A stretch of DNA of 64,000 bases from Candidatus Minusculum obligatum (GCA_045401155.1 CP174360.1:310769-374768), one strand, 5' to 3'. Positions 20,173 to 29,910 are shown, numbered from the stretch's first letter. Notes: a model not told the origin generated them from the sequence alone. Numbers and translations are program-made.

Positions 20173-20351
20173 AGACTTGGTGCGAAATGTCCGCCAAGGA
20201 AGTATGGCCAAAGGATAAGTGCAAGTAATCCGTTAAAGAAATTTAACTGCAAAAATCCAATGGTAAATAGCCATGCCGCAAACCAAAATCCTTCAAAGAA
20301 GTAATGTGTAATTTTTATATTCTGCATACGTATATAGTGTAGCATCAGGTG

Positions 20352-21041
20352 CTACATGGGCACTTCAAAGAAGAGGATTTCCACGTAGTCTTCTGGCATT
20401 ACTATAATCTCCTCGCCCAAGATTCCAAGTGCGTCTTTTCCACTAAGAGCTGTTCCATTTACACGCGCCTTTCCTTTTATTGCAAAAACATACACGCCAT
20501 GGTCAGGTTTTTCTTTTTTGTAAGAGATTTCTTTGTTTCCAGAGAAAGATGAGATAAATGCATCTTGGTGGATTTTTAGTGGGGCGCCACTTTCCATGCT
20601 TCCAATAAGTTGTGTGATGGCGTTTTCTTGCGTAGGTATCTTTTTTTGATCATATCGAGGAGCTACATTTTTTGTATTTGGCTCAATCCAAATTTGGAAG
20701 AGGGAAAGTGGTACATCCTCATCATTCATCTCTGCATGTAATACGCCTGTTCCTGCCGACATAACTTGGATTTCTCCCTTACTAATAGATATGTCTTTAT
20801 TACCCATATTGTCTGAGTGAGTAATTCTTCCACTTTTGACGATGGTGATAATTTCCATGTCTTTGTGTCCATGCATCGGAAATCCCGAATGTGGTGCAAT
20901 AAGATCATCATTTATCACACGAAGTGCTCCGAATCCCATTTTTTCAGGATTAAACCAATTTGCAAAAGAAAAACTATATCGTGTCTTAAGCCAGTCTAAG
21001 TTTGCTGCACCTCTTTCCTCTGCTTTATGTAGTATCTGCAT
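20352..21041 (-). CDS. Pirin-family cupin protein
   Basis: HSGFPMHGHKDMEIITIV and later cupin His residues. Start at MQILHK. Confidence 0.75.
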   Translation of the reverse strand: MQILHKAEERGAANLDWLKTRYSFSFANWFNPEKMGFGALRVINDDLIAPHSGFPMHGHKDMEIITIVKSGRITHSDNMGNKDISISKGEIQVMSAGTGVLHAEMNDEDVPLSLFQIWIEPNTKNVAPRYDQKKIPTQENAITQLIGSMESGAPLKIHQDAFISSFSGNKEISYKKEKPDHGVYVFAIKGKARVNGTALSGKDALGILGEEIIVMPEDYVEILFFEVPM

Positions 21042-21088
21042 ATTGCTTGAGAGTATAACAAAATGCCTCACAGATGTGAGGCATTTTG

Positions 21089-21655
21089 TTATAGAGAGAT
21101 ATTTATCTCAGCTCCTTTTCTAAGTTCCTGGATTACGGTTCCAAGGTACTGCTGCATTTTTTGTTGCCCAAGCTCCATTTTGATTTGCTCCTTAATTTTA
21201 TCGAACTCAGGAACTCCTTCTTTGTCTTTTAGGTGTGCATCGTAAAGCTTTTGTGCCTCCTCATCTGTTGCAGTAAGATCTTGTCCTTCAAAGATTTCTT
21301 TGTAGTACTGATCAATAGTTCGCTGTCGAGAAATCGTATTTTTAAGACTTTCTTCAGTCAGGCTCATTGCTTCAAGTTGCTTCTTGAATGTATCTGCATC
21401 AGGGAATTTTGCTACGATTGCATCAAATTCTTTCTCTACATCCTCGTCTTTTACGTCGTATCCCTTATCCTTTGCTGCGGCAAAAATAAGGGCGTCGTTT
21501 ACAAGTTGCTGGGCAACCATCTCCTCAAACTTTTTATAAGATTCCTCATCAGTTTTCTCTGGTGTTGGAATATTTGGATTCTGTGATAGTTGTGCAATTT
21601 GAGCATCAAGCTCCTCTCTTGTAATTTCTGTTCCGTTTACGGTTGCAATAGTCAT
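21089..21655 (-). CDS. SurA N-terminal-domain-like chaperone / PPIase-associated protein
   Basis: Helical SurA_N-like architecture, terminator hairpin downstream at 21061-21086. Confidence 0.45.
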   Translation of the reverse strand: MTIATVNGTEITREELDAQIAQLSQNPNIPTPEKTDEESYKKFEEMVAQQLVNDALIFAAAKDKGYDVKDEDVEKEFDAIVAKFPDADTFKKQLEAMSLTEESLKNTISRQRTIDQYYKEIFEGQDLTATDEEAQKLYDAHLKDKEGVPEFDKIKEQIKMELGQQKMQQYLGTVIQELRKGAEINISL

Positions 21656-21686
21656 AGTTTGGACAGGCTATCATGTATAGGATTTC

Positions 21687-22271
21687 GTGCAATTAAGATT
21701 CTTTTTGATGCTACAATTTTTTTATATGAAACAAATCGCAATTCTAATAGGAGCACTCATTATTATAGGTGGAGGCATTTGGCTTTTCTCTGGAGAGAAA
21801 AAAGAAGAAGTTACTGAGGAGGTGCAAGAAGAAGAGGTGGTAGAAGAGGAAGAAGTAACTGGAGTATTTATTCCAGGAGAAGAGGAGGAAAAGAAATCTT
21901 TCCCAGATTCTTGGGGACAATATGCAAGTGCGGTTAATAAGGAGGGGTGGTACTTTACGGTTCGACACCCACAGGGTACTGCAGTGAATCGTCTTGATGA
22001 TGATTCACACGTTATCTCTCACATAGGCTGGAATATCTCAGTACAGTTTGACGGAGGGGGTGGATTTAACGTAGAAGATATTGTTGGAGAGGTTGAGCAG
22101 ACAGATTTCAATGGGTATGCAGCACTCTCATATATGGTAGACGGAGAAAATAAACTTCTCTTTGGTCTTGGGTCTCGAGCGCCCGTGGTTGAAGTTGCGT
22201 ATACGACAGGGGAAAATTACACAGAAGTTGTAAGCCTAATACTAAGTTCACTCGTGTTTAAGGAAGGGTAA
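21687..22271 (+). CDS. Membrane-anchored hypothetical protein with acidic linker
   Basis: TM helix, then an E-rich segment and a beta-rich domain. Confidence 0.45.
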   Translation: MQLRFFLMLQFFYMKQIAILIGALIIIGGGIWLFSGEKKEEVTEEVQEEEVVEEEEVTGVFIPGEEEEKKSFPDSWGQYASAVNKEGWYFTVRHPQGTAVNRLDDDSHVISHIGWNISVQFDGGGGFNVEDIVGEVEQTDFNGYAALSYMVDGENKLLFGLGSRAPVVEVAYTTGENYTEVVSLILSSLVFKEG

Positions 22272-22294
22272 TCGAGGCGTGATACTATGCCTGC

Positions 22295-23941
22295 ATGAGA
22301 CAGGCAGATGCTCTCAATATTCTAAAGGCGGGAAGAAATGTATACCTTACGGGAGCCGCGGGGAGCGGTAAGACGTATGTGTTAAATCAATATATTTCAT
22401 ATCTAAAGGATAGAGGTATTTCTGTTGCAATTACTGCCTCTACAGGTATTGCGGCAACACATATAGGAGGAGTCACTATTCATTCTTGGAGTGGCATGGG
22501 TATAAAAGAGACGTTGTCTGAGGCTGATATAGATCAGATGGTGCAAAAAGAGCATCTTTTTAAGCGATACGAAAAAACGAAGGTGCTTATAATTGATGAA
22601 GTGTCGATGATGCATCCGGAAATGTTTGATGCACTCGATCGGTTGGCTCGCGCAATGAAAATGGTAGATGCGCCGTTTGGAGGTATACAGATCGTACTCT
22701 CGGGTGACTTTTTTCAGTTACCACCTGTTACCAAAAATGCTCGGGCTCGGTATATAGATAGTTCTCGTGCTTGGAAGACTATGAATGTCAAGGTCTGTTA
22801 CTTAGAGGAGCAGCATCGCCAAGAGAGTGGATCTTTGGGGAATATCTTATCTGAGATTAGGGATGGAGAGATTTCATATAGTAGCCAAGAGATATTTGAG
22901 GAACTTTTAGAAAATAAACAGAGATTAAATGGTGAGCCGACACGTTTGTATACACATAATGCAGATGTTGATGCGATAAATGAAAAGGAGCTTGAGAAGC
23001 TTCCGGGAGAACTTCATTCATATGAAATGGATTCAAGTGGGAAGGCAAATTTGGTTACGGGGTTGTCTAAGAGTATTTTGGCGCCGCAGTATTTAAACCT
23101 TAAAAAAGATGCAATTGTGATGTTTGTAAAAAACTCTTTTGAAGAAGGATATGTAAATGGCACGTTAGGAAAAGTAATAGATTTTGAAGATGGACTTCCC
23201 GTTGTTGAGACATATGAGGGAAAGAAAATAACTGTGACCATTGCAAAGTGGGAGATAGAGGATGAAGGAAAGATACTAGCGTCTGTGTCACAGCTCCCTA
23301 TACGTCTTGCCTGGGCTATTACGATTCACAAAAGTCAGGGCATGAGCCTTGACGCAGCTGAAGTAGATCTTTCAAAGTCATTTGTGCCAGGGCAAGGGTA
23401 CGTAGCACTTTCTCGATTGCGTAGTATAGAAGGGCTTACGCTTCTTGGGCTTAACCGCATGGCGCTTCAAGTGGACCCTCATGTTATTGAGCTTAATAAG
23501 TGGCTTCAGTCAGAGTCTTCAAAATGGCGTAAGAGAATAGAATCTTTTTCAAAAGAAGAGTTTAAAAAAATGCATGAAGAGTTTGTGGAGTGCTGTGAAG
23601 GCACAAATGACGAAAAAGAAATTGCAAAAAATCAGGCAGTAAAGGAGGTAGGCGTACTTGAGGATATTGTTCCATCACATCACAAGACACGCATCCTTTT
23701 AGATGAAGAGATGAGTTTAGAAGATATGGCAAAAGAACGAAAAGTTACAAAAGCAACCATCATTTCTCATTTAGAAAAGTTACAAAGCGAAGGAGAAGGT
23801 GATTTTGCGTATTTAAAACCAAAGAATCTCGCTGCAATGAAGAAAGGCTTTTCAAAGGAGAAAAAGCTTTCAGATGCGCATAAAAAGTTAAAAGGGAAGT
23901 ATACGTATGAAGAGTTGCGTTTAGCTAGGTTATTTTTGTAA
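22295..23941 (+). CDS. PIF1-family ATP-dependent DNA helicase with C-terminal HTH
   Basis: Walker A GAAGSGKT, DE box IIDEVSM, ITIHKSQGMSLD motif. Confidence 0.8.
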   Translation: MRQADALNILKAGRNVYLTGAAGSGKTYVLNQYISYLKDRGISVAITASTGIAATHIGGVTIHSWSGMGIKETLSEADIDQMVQKEHLFKRYEKTKVLIIDEVSMMHPEMFDALDRLARAMKMVDAPFGGIQIVLSGDFFQLPPVTKNARARYIDSSRAWKTMNVKVCYLEEQHRQESGSLGNILSEIRDGEISYSSQEIFEELLENKQRLNGEPTRLYTHNADVDAINEKELEKLPGELHSYEMDSSGKANLVTGLSKSILAPQYLNLKKDAIVMFVKNSFEEGYVNGTLGKVIDFEDGLPVVETYEGKKITVTIAKWEIEDEGKILASVSQLPIRLAWAITIHKSQGMSLDAAEVDLSKSFVPGQGYVALSRLRSIEGLTLLGLNRMALQVDPHVIELNKWLQSESSKWRKRIESFSKEEFKKMHEEFVECCEGTNDEKEIAKNQAVKEVGVLEDIVPSHHKTRILLDEEMSLEDMAKERKVTKATIISHLEKLQSEGEGDFAYLKPKNLAAMKKGFSKEKKLSDAHKKLKGKYTYEELRLARLFL

Positions 23942-23975
23942 TAATTTTATAGAGACAGTATAGGTAAGATATACT

Positions 23976-25148
23976 ATGCAGATGGAAGAGTTCTATCCAT
24001 TTTTTCTAATTATTTTTGTCGGAGTATTTTTTTCTATGGTGTTCCGGCGAATGCATGTGCCGTGGGTAGTAGGTCTTATTCTAGGAGGTTTGTTTGTAGG
24101 GCCTACAGTTTTAGGGCTTGTAGGGCCCACACCGGCTGCGAGTTTTATTGCACAGATTGGTTTGATGTTCTTAATGTTTATCGCCGGTCTTGAGGCACGC
24201 CCATCAAACTTTAAAGATTTTCAATTTAAGTTATTTACGCTCGCTCTTATTAATGGCCTTGTCCCATTTGCAATAGGATTTGGTCTGACGCTGTATTTTG
24301 GGTACGACATAATTGCAGCGCTTCTTGTTGGCATTATCTTTATTTCTTCTTCTATCGCTATTGTTATACCTGCACTTGAGCGCACTGGTCTTATTCACAC
24401 GCGGTTGGGGCAGTCAGTGATTATGACAAGTGTGATTCAGGATATTGGAAGTCTTATTTTGCTCTCAATTGTTCTTCAGAACATTGATCCAGTTACAACA
24501 CTACCGCTATACATCTTTTACCCGCTTGTATTTGCTGCACTCATTGTATTTCGATTACTTATCCCTGCAGTCCATAAACTTCTTACGCTTGGTATTGATA
24601 GATCAAAGGATGTGTTTCAACAAGATTTTCGAGTGGCGTTTCTTATTCTTTTGGGGACGGTGATTGTGTTTGAGTTTCTTGGACTACACTCTATTGTTGC
24701 TGCATTCTTTGCAGGATTTGTTCTCTCTGGAGCACTTAAGGATAGTGGATGTAAGCTTCGAGAAAATATTCATACGGTAAGTTATGGAGTATTTATCCCC
24801 GCGTTCTTTATTTTGGTTGGGATAGAGACCGATATATCTATTTTGGCAACAAGTGAAAAGGCTCTTATTCTAGCTGGGGCACTTATTGCGGGCTCTGTTC
24901 TTTCCAAGTTTATAAGTGGATGGGTCGGCGCACGCATGGTTGGATTTACTGGAAACCAATCTTTGTTGTTTGCTGTTTCTTCTATCCCACAGCTTTCTAC
25001 GACGCTTGCTGTTGCGTTTACTGCTCTATCGTTGGGAATTATTGATGAGTCTCTTCTTGCTGCAATGGTGGCACTAAGTATTTTGACGGTTGTTGTGAGT
25101 CCTACACTTATGCGTCTTTTTGAGAAAAAGATTCATGATGCAGTGTAG
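23976..25148 (+). CDS. Cation:proton antiporter (CPA/Na+-H+ exchanger family)
   Basis: 390 aa, about 11 TM helices, Kef/NhaP-like. Confidence 0.7.
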   Translation: MQMEEFYPFFLIIFVGVFFSMVFRRMHVPWVVGLILGGLFVGPTVLGLVGPTPAASFIAQIGLMFLMFIAGLEARPSNFKDFQFKLFTLALINGLVPFAIGFGLTLYFGYDIIAALLVGIIFISSSIAIVIPALERTGLIHTRLGQSVIMTSVIQDIGSLILLSIVLQNIDPVTTLPLYIFYPLVFAALIVFRLLIPAVHKLLTLGIDRSKDVFQQDFRVAFLILLGTVIVFEFLGLHSIVAAFFAGFVLSGALKDSGCKLRENIHTVSYGVFIPAFFILVGIETDISILATSEKALILAGALIAGSVLSKFISGWVGARMVGFTGNQSLLFAVSSIPQLSTTLAVAFTALSLGIIDESLLAAMVALSILTVVVSPTLMRLFEKKIHDAV

Positions 25149-25223
25149 TTGTTTGGAGTATTAAAAAACATCTTTCTATATAAGGCTATCTTTGCTTGCT
25201 CCGTATGGTGCGAGATGTTCGAA

Positions 25224-26192
25224 CTATTCCATTTCAGACTTAATTTTTCTCAACCTATCAGTAAGGGAGTCCCATTGCCTGCGAAGTAGTGGGGCAGGGG
25301 CACCTGAGCCGTAATTAACTGAGTCTGCAAGTGCTTGAGCGTATTCATCTCGCTTACCAGCAAAGAAACGTTTGCTTGGGTTAAAGCTTTCAACTATTTC
25401 AAAATCAACGAAATGAGGCCACCTTCTCTTGTTGATAGGAATGTTTCCATCTTCAAAGAAAGTTCCTTTTTCTCCTTCAAGAATCATGTAATAGGGTTCC
25501 TTTATTTTTGTCAGATACCATGCAGAAACATCTAGAGGGAGTTTTGGGTTTGCGCTTACTCCCATTCCTTCTTTTGCATACCCAAGTATAAATAGACAGT
25601 AGTCTCCTTGTTGAATATCAAGAATATTTCTTAGGGCTTTTTCATTCTGCGTGTATGCCCAGAATGGTGAGTTCGGAGATGCTGTCAACATTCGCTCGAA
25701 GTTTTTATGAGATGTTCCTCGTAGAAACACAATCCAATATTGTGAAGAAGAAGAAAGGTCTTTGCTTTTTGCCTGATAAATAAGAGATTCTCGGGCAAGT
25801 TTTGAAACATTCTCCTGCATCCATGAAGTAAAGTCATCCTCATTAATAGTTACGTGAGGAACTAGTCCGTCGTTTTCTTTTTCACCAAACGACACAAGAA
25901 AACCTTCATTTTCTTGCAAATAAGAGAGTTGATTGTTCTTTGTTAAATCCTTTGCTGACCATTTTACTTCAACAGGAATGCCGCGATCGTAGTCTTTAAA
26001 GTAGATTGTGAGATCTGCTCTATAACCTGACTCTTTGTGAGTTTCTTCTGGTGCTATTAGATTTATCTTCTTACCATGAAATTTTTCAGGCAAAAGACCG
26101 TCTCTTACTTTTTTAGTTCCAAAATAATAACGTTCGAATAAGTATCGATGAATCAGTTTTTCATTGAAAGCATTCCTATTAATTTTTTTCAT
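25224..26192 (-). CDS. PD-(D/E)xK nuclease-like protein with C-terminal EVE/PUA-like domain (cassette gene)
   Basis: RADLTIYFKDYDRGIPVEVKW (D...EVK motif). The C-terminal beta-rich domain is speculative. Flanked by direct repeats that end in GCTCCG. Confidence 0.45.
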   Translation of the reverse strand: MKKINRNAFNEKLIHRYLFERYYFGTKKVRDGLLPEKFHGKKINLIAPEETHKESGYRADLTIYFKDYDRGIPVEVKWSAKDLTKNNQLSYLQENEGFLVSFGEKENDGLVPHVTINEDDFTSWMQENVSKLARESLIYQAKSKDLSSSSQYWIVFLRGTSHKNFERMLTASPNSPFWAYTQNEKALRNILDIQQGDYCLFILGYAKEGMGVSANPKLPLDVSAWYLTKIKEPYYMILEGEKGTFFEDGNIPINKRRWPHFVDFEIVESFNPSKRFFAGKRDEYAQALADSVNYGSGAPAPLLRRQWDSLTDRLRKIKSEME

Positions 26193-26300
26193 TTATTCCG
26201 ATTGTACCAAAAGGTTCGAACTCCTGCTCAGGGTATCAAAAAAGAGCCCTAAAAATAAGGCTCTTTTTGCTGGCTCCGTGTGGTGCGAGATGCTCGAACC

Positions 26301-26825
26301 TTAGTTGGGTAGTTTTTCAATAATCTCCGCGACCACATCATCTGATGGTTTGTTTGTGTGTATGGTGATGTTACCGTATTTCTTATACTGCTCAAAACGT
26401 TCTAAGAATTTTTTCTTTTCCCTTTTCTTGTCTAGACCATTCCATCGTTTTAATTGTCTTTCTGCAATCATTTCTACGTCTTGTTCCGGATTAGGAGAAG
26501 GAAGGAAAAGTATAGAATAACCAGTAGCTAGAATCTCTTCATTTTGCTTTATAACTTCTGGTAAATGTGTATGAACAAGAAAGCCAGATGATGTGGCGAG
26601 TACGGCTGGTTCTGAGATAGTTTCGGAAAGAAGTTTGGTAAGTTCTGAATTTTTCTCACAGTACTTATCGTATCCTTTGGTATCTATATAAGTTCCTATG
26701 TTTTCAATTTGAGTACAAAATTCTGAATCTACATCTATAAACGTGTATCCAAGTTTTTGTGCAAGTAGATTCCCGATTGTTGTCTTACCAACGCTGGCTG
26801 GTCCGATAAGAAGAATTAGTTTCAT
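26301..26825 (-). CDS. Shikimate-kinase-like P-loop NTP kinase, paralog 1 (cassette gene)
   Basis: MKLILLIGPASVGKTTIGNLLAQKLGYTFIDVDSEF. About 40% identical to 27801..28313. Start at MKLILL (26825) preferred over ORF-track 26885, which would read through the terminator hairpin. Confidence 0.65.
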   Translation of the reverse strand: MKLILLIGPASVGKTTIGNLLAQKLGYTFIDVDSEFCTQIENIGTYIDTKGYDKYCEKNSELTKLLSETISEPAVLATSSGFLVHTHLPEVIKQNEEILATGYSILFLPSPNPEQDVEMIAERQLKRWNGLDKKREKKKFLERFEQYKKYGNITIHTNKPSDDVVAEIIEKLPN

Positions 26826-26902
26826 TTTCTCTAGGATACCAAGGTTCGGAAATCCTCTACAGGGTATTAAAAAATAGCCCGTCAAATAAGGCTATTTTTG
26901 CT

Positions 26903-27162
26903 GGCTCCGTATATATGATGAAATCCGAATGTATTTCAGACGGAGTCTGAAATGAACGGCGAGAGCGCGTGGTACCTCGCACGTAAACCTCCGCAAGGTG
27001 ATTTCCTACTAGCTCCCGCACCCGCACGCCTCGCTGTACTCGCCGTGCACAAATAGAATCCTTCTTTGCACTTTTATCCTTTCCCGCGCCCCCATTTTTT
27101 GGGAAATAGGGAAAAGAAGTTTCTATTTGCCTTCTGCTTCGCGCAGAAGGGGTGCTTGTGCC
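26903..27162 (+). repeat. Core GGCTCCG + Y repeat, copy A (internally diverged)
   Basis: Shares 5' (TATATATGATGAAATCCGAATGTATTTCAGACGGAGTCTGAAATGAACGG) and 3' (TTTCCCGCGCCCCCATTTTTTGGGAAA...CCTTCTGC..GCAGAAGG) segments with copies at 28360, 30015 and 41075(rc). Confidence 0.85.
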
Positions 27163-27217
27163 TCGTATATAAAAGTGTTGCCCCACCTGGGAGGGTGGGG
27201 CAAGACGCTTCTCGTTA

Positions 27218-27427
27218 TCACGCACTTTCAGTCTCCCGAACGTGTTCGTTCATGGGACAGTTCTCCCGATGAACCAAGTTGTTGTTTCGGTTCAGCGGGG
27301 GAACGTCGTGCGGATAGCCAAGATGTGTGGGTCCTGTGTCGATGCCGGTAGCGCTGCAGCACAAGCAGCGGTAGCTTGACGGCTCATCGACGATTGCAGA
27401 CCGTACAGGGACAGGGACGGTTTTCAT
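27218..27427 (-). CDS. Hypothetical 69-aa protein, GC-rich island 3, gene B
   Basis: RBS GGAGAG, then spacing, then ATG. GC-rich. Followed by hairpin ttgccccacc-tggga-ggtggggcaa at 27178-27203. Confidence 0.45.
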   Translation of the reverse strand: MKTVPVPVRSAIVDEPSSYRCLCCSATGIDTGPTHLGYPHDVPPLNRNNNLVHRENCPMNEHVRETESA

Positions 27428-27448
27428 ATTTTCTCTCCGATCCAGAGG

Positions 27449-27745
27449 TTATCGCTTGTCAGTTCTGATGCCGTGGCTTGCTCGACAGGTGAGAAAGCAT
27501 AGGTTTCGAACTGCATCTTCCGGTAGTCTGCTCCAGCCCGTGAAGACGATATCTTCTTCGTGAGCCTGAAACATTGCGAGAAATCCCTCGCCATCATCAC
27601 CGCGCCGTCTCCGCGCACGGTGTTTCCTGACGATAATTTCTCCGTATCTTCCATTGACCATCTTTCGAAGCCAACGTTGTCTGCGCCTATGGCTTTGGGG
27701 TTTCATCCCTGCGCCATGAGCGAGAGCAAGGAATACATCCGGCAT
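27449..27745 (-). CDS. Hypothetical basic 98-aa protein, GC-rich island 3, gene A
   Basis: Strong RBS GGAGGG 5 nt before ATG. Arg-rich segment HRRRQRWLRK...RKHRARRRRG. About 55% GC. Confidence 0.5.
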   Translation of the reverse strand: MPDVFLALAHGAGMKPQSHRRRQRWLRKMVNGRYGEIIVRKHRARRRRGDDGEGFLAMFQAHEEDIVFTGWSRLPEDAVRNLCFLTCRASHGIRTDKR

Positions 27746-27800
27746 ATTGCCCTCCAGTTGGTGGTAAAAACTCTGTTTAGAAAGTAGTACAAATATTACC

Positions 27801-28313
27801 TCATGTCAATTTTTGGATGATTTCTTCAACTATGGTTTCTTTGTCTTTGCTTGGGTCAATTTGTATGTCTCCGTACTGTTTATATTTTGCATGTCTATCT
27901 AGAAACTTTTGTTTTTCTTTCTCAAAATCCAGATTCCACCGTTTTATCTGTCGAGCTGCTATTTGATCTGCAAATGATTCAGGAGGGAGTAGGAGTATAG
28001 ATACTCCATATTCTTTTAGAAGCTTTAAATGCTTTTGTACAAGATGTGGCGACTTCTCGTGTACAAGAAAACCTGAAGGAGTTGCAAAGATTATGTCTTT
28101 TGGATTTTCCTTTGTAAGTTTGAGAGCAAGTTCGGAGTTTGCTTCACAATAACTCTCATAACCATATTCTTTTAAATATTCTGATATTGGAGCAATTTGT
28201 GTACAGAATTCTTCGTCTATATCAATAAAGTTCTTATCAAGTCTCTTTGCGAGGCTGGTTCCAGCTGTTGTTTTTCCAACACTTGCAGGTCCGATCAGGA
28301 AGAGATTGTTCAT
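27801..28313 (-). CDS. Shikimate-kinase-like P-loop NTP kinase, paralog 2 (cassette gene)
   Basis: MNNLFLIGPASVGKTTAGTSLAKRLDKNFIDIDEEF. Same architecture as paralog 1. Confidence 0.65.
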   Translation of the reverse strand: MNNLFLIGPASVGKTTAGTSLAKRLDKNFIDIDEEFCTQIAPISEYLKEYGYESYCEANSELALKLTKENPKDIIFATPSGFLVHEKSPHLVQKHLKLLKEYGVSILLLPPESFADQIAARQIKRWNLDFEKEKQKFLDRHAKYKQYGDIQIDPSKDKETIVEEIIQKLT

Positions 28314-28359
28314 TAAAAAAAGTATAGCAAAACCTCCCAAAAGGAGGCCTGTACTGCCT

Positions 28360-28616
28360 GGCTCCGTATATATGATGAAATCCGAATGTATTTCAGACGG
28401 AGTCTGAAATGAACGGCGAGAGCCGGTGGTACATCAGACATACACCTCCGCGAGGTGATCTCCACATACTTTCCGCACCGCACGACTCGCTCCGCTCGCC
28501 GTGCACAAATAGAATCCTTCTTTGCACTTTTATCCTTTCCCGCGCCCCCATTTTTTGGGAAATAAGGAGAAAGAAGTCTCTATTTGCCTTCTGCTCCACA
28601 GAAGGGGTGCTTGTGC
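28360..28616 (+). repeat. Core GGCTCCG + Y repeat, copy B
   Basis: Nearly identical to copy C. 35-bp palindrome at 28382-28416. Confidence 0.85.
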
Positions 28617-28852
28617 TTAATCTTAGATATAGATATTGCTTATATTAATGCGGTTAATTTAGATAAAGCTCTCAAGTTTGGTTTGAAATGGGAACTTGAT
28701 TATAAGAGATTTTATACTTAGCTTAGTGATAAGTATAAAATTGAACAAACACACCTTTTTATTTGGCTATGGCAGAGTACTTTTACACATCAAGCCTTAC
28801 TGCAGAGAAAGCGGAAATGGTGTAGGGAAGTAAGTTGCTGTTACAGGAACAG

Positions 28853-29821
28853 TTATTCGTCATCTCCATCCTCATCCTCTTGCTCGTCTTCATCCTCATC
28901 TTCTGTTTCGTTATCTTCATCGTCCTTATTATCTTCATTTTCCTCATCCCCGTTCTCCAGTTCTTCTTCAAGCTTCTCTACAGTTTCCTCAATATCTTCG
29001 AGCACCTCATCTGCTTGTTCTGCAAGGTTCTCTGCCTCTTTGTAGTCACCTGCATCAAATGCATTTTGTGCTTGTGAGATTAGGTTATTAAATTGGAAAA
29101 AAGCACTTACTGGAAGTGTTACACCATCTTTAGTTGCTTCGTCTATTATTTCTTGCTTTTCTTCTAGCGCTTCTTCAATCTCTCCCTCCGCTTCATCGCT
29201 ATCTTCCATCTCTTCTTCAAGTTTCTCTTCCTCGGCCTCTAACTCATCTTCGAGTTCCTCTTCTTTTAATTCCAAAAGCTCAAGTTGGGCTTTTACTTGT
29301 CCAAGTTCTTCCGCGATTATTTCTGCCTGTGTGGTGTCGCCAGCCTGATAGGCTTCTCGTAATGCTCGTTTAAGCTCATCCTCTTGTGTCTCAAGCATTT
29401 CTTCTTGTTCATCGAAACTCGCTTTTAGCGCGGATTTTGTTTCGTTATAATTATCGTCAAGTTCTTTGGCAAGCTTGCTTACATCTTTTCCTTTGCCTTT
29501 TTCCTTTACAACAATTTCCGCCGCATCACCAAGGTGTTTCTGTAATCGCGCTTCAGCAACTGCCAATCCTTCTGCTTCCACACCTTTTGTTTCCAACACA
29601 ATCTTAATTTCTGCTATTCGCTCGGCGGCAAAAGCTATTTGGAGGTGAGCCTTGCCTTCTTGGCTGAAAGTAAAGAACTCTTGAAGAGCTTCGCCTAATT
29701 TATCAACAAAGTAGAAAGGGTTTTCCGGTGTAAGTCCTGCGCTTGGTAGTGTCTGTTCATTTTGAGCAAAAGCTAAAAATGGAACAAAAAGTAGTGAAAG
29801 GATAATTGCTTTAATTTTCAT
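28853..29821 (-). CDS. Secreted poly-acidic coiled-coil protein (cassette gene)
   Basis: Signal peptide MKIKAIILSLLFVPFLAFAQ. Highly E/D-rich, with a poly-D/E C-terminus. Confidence 0.6.
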   Translation of the reverse strand: MKIKAIILSLLFVPFLAFAQNEQTLPSAGLTPENPFYFVDKLGEALQEFFTFSQEGKAHLQIAFAAERIAEIKIVLETKGVEAEGLAVAEARLQKHLGDAAEIVVKEKGKGKDVSKLAKELDDNYNETKSALKASFDEQEEMLETQEDELKRALREAYQAGDTTQAEIIAEELGQVKAQLELLELKEEELEDELEAEEEKLEEEMEDSDEAEGEIEEALEEKQEIIDEATKDGVTLPVSAFFQFNNLISQAQNAFDAGDYKEAENLAEQADEVLEDIEETVEKLEEELENGDEENEDNKDDEDNETEDEDEDEQEDEDGDDE

Positions 29822-29910
29822 TGTTATTGTATTAAAATTTAATAATTGTATGAATGGTAGACTAATTACAGTATATCACTAAGTCTATAGCTTAAATCTT
29901 GTTTTTTGGT

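Noticed and set aside
26276-26305. GGCTCCGTGTGGTGCGAGATGCTCGAACC resembling a tRNA 3' fragment
   Set aside because: It cannot be folded into a T-arm/acceptor. It is better treated as part of the cassette-boundary repeat.
28409-28648. Conserved short ORF (MNGESRWYIRHTPPRGD...) inside each Y repeat (also 30064..30297, 41007..41255)
   Set aside because: Not called as CDS. The 3' reading frame differs between copies, copy A stops after 34 codons, and conservation is better explained by the repeat or a structured RNA. Kept as an observation within the repeat finding.
28835-29077. Plus-strand hydrophobic 80-aa ORF
   Set aside because: Antisense to the poly-acidic protein gene: GAA/GAT-rich sense strand gives TTC/ATC-rich antisense.
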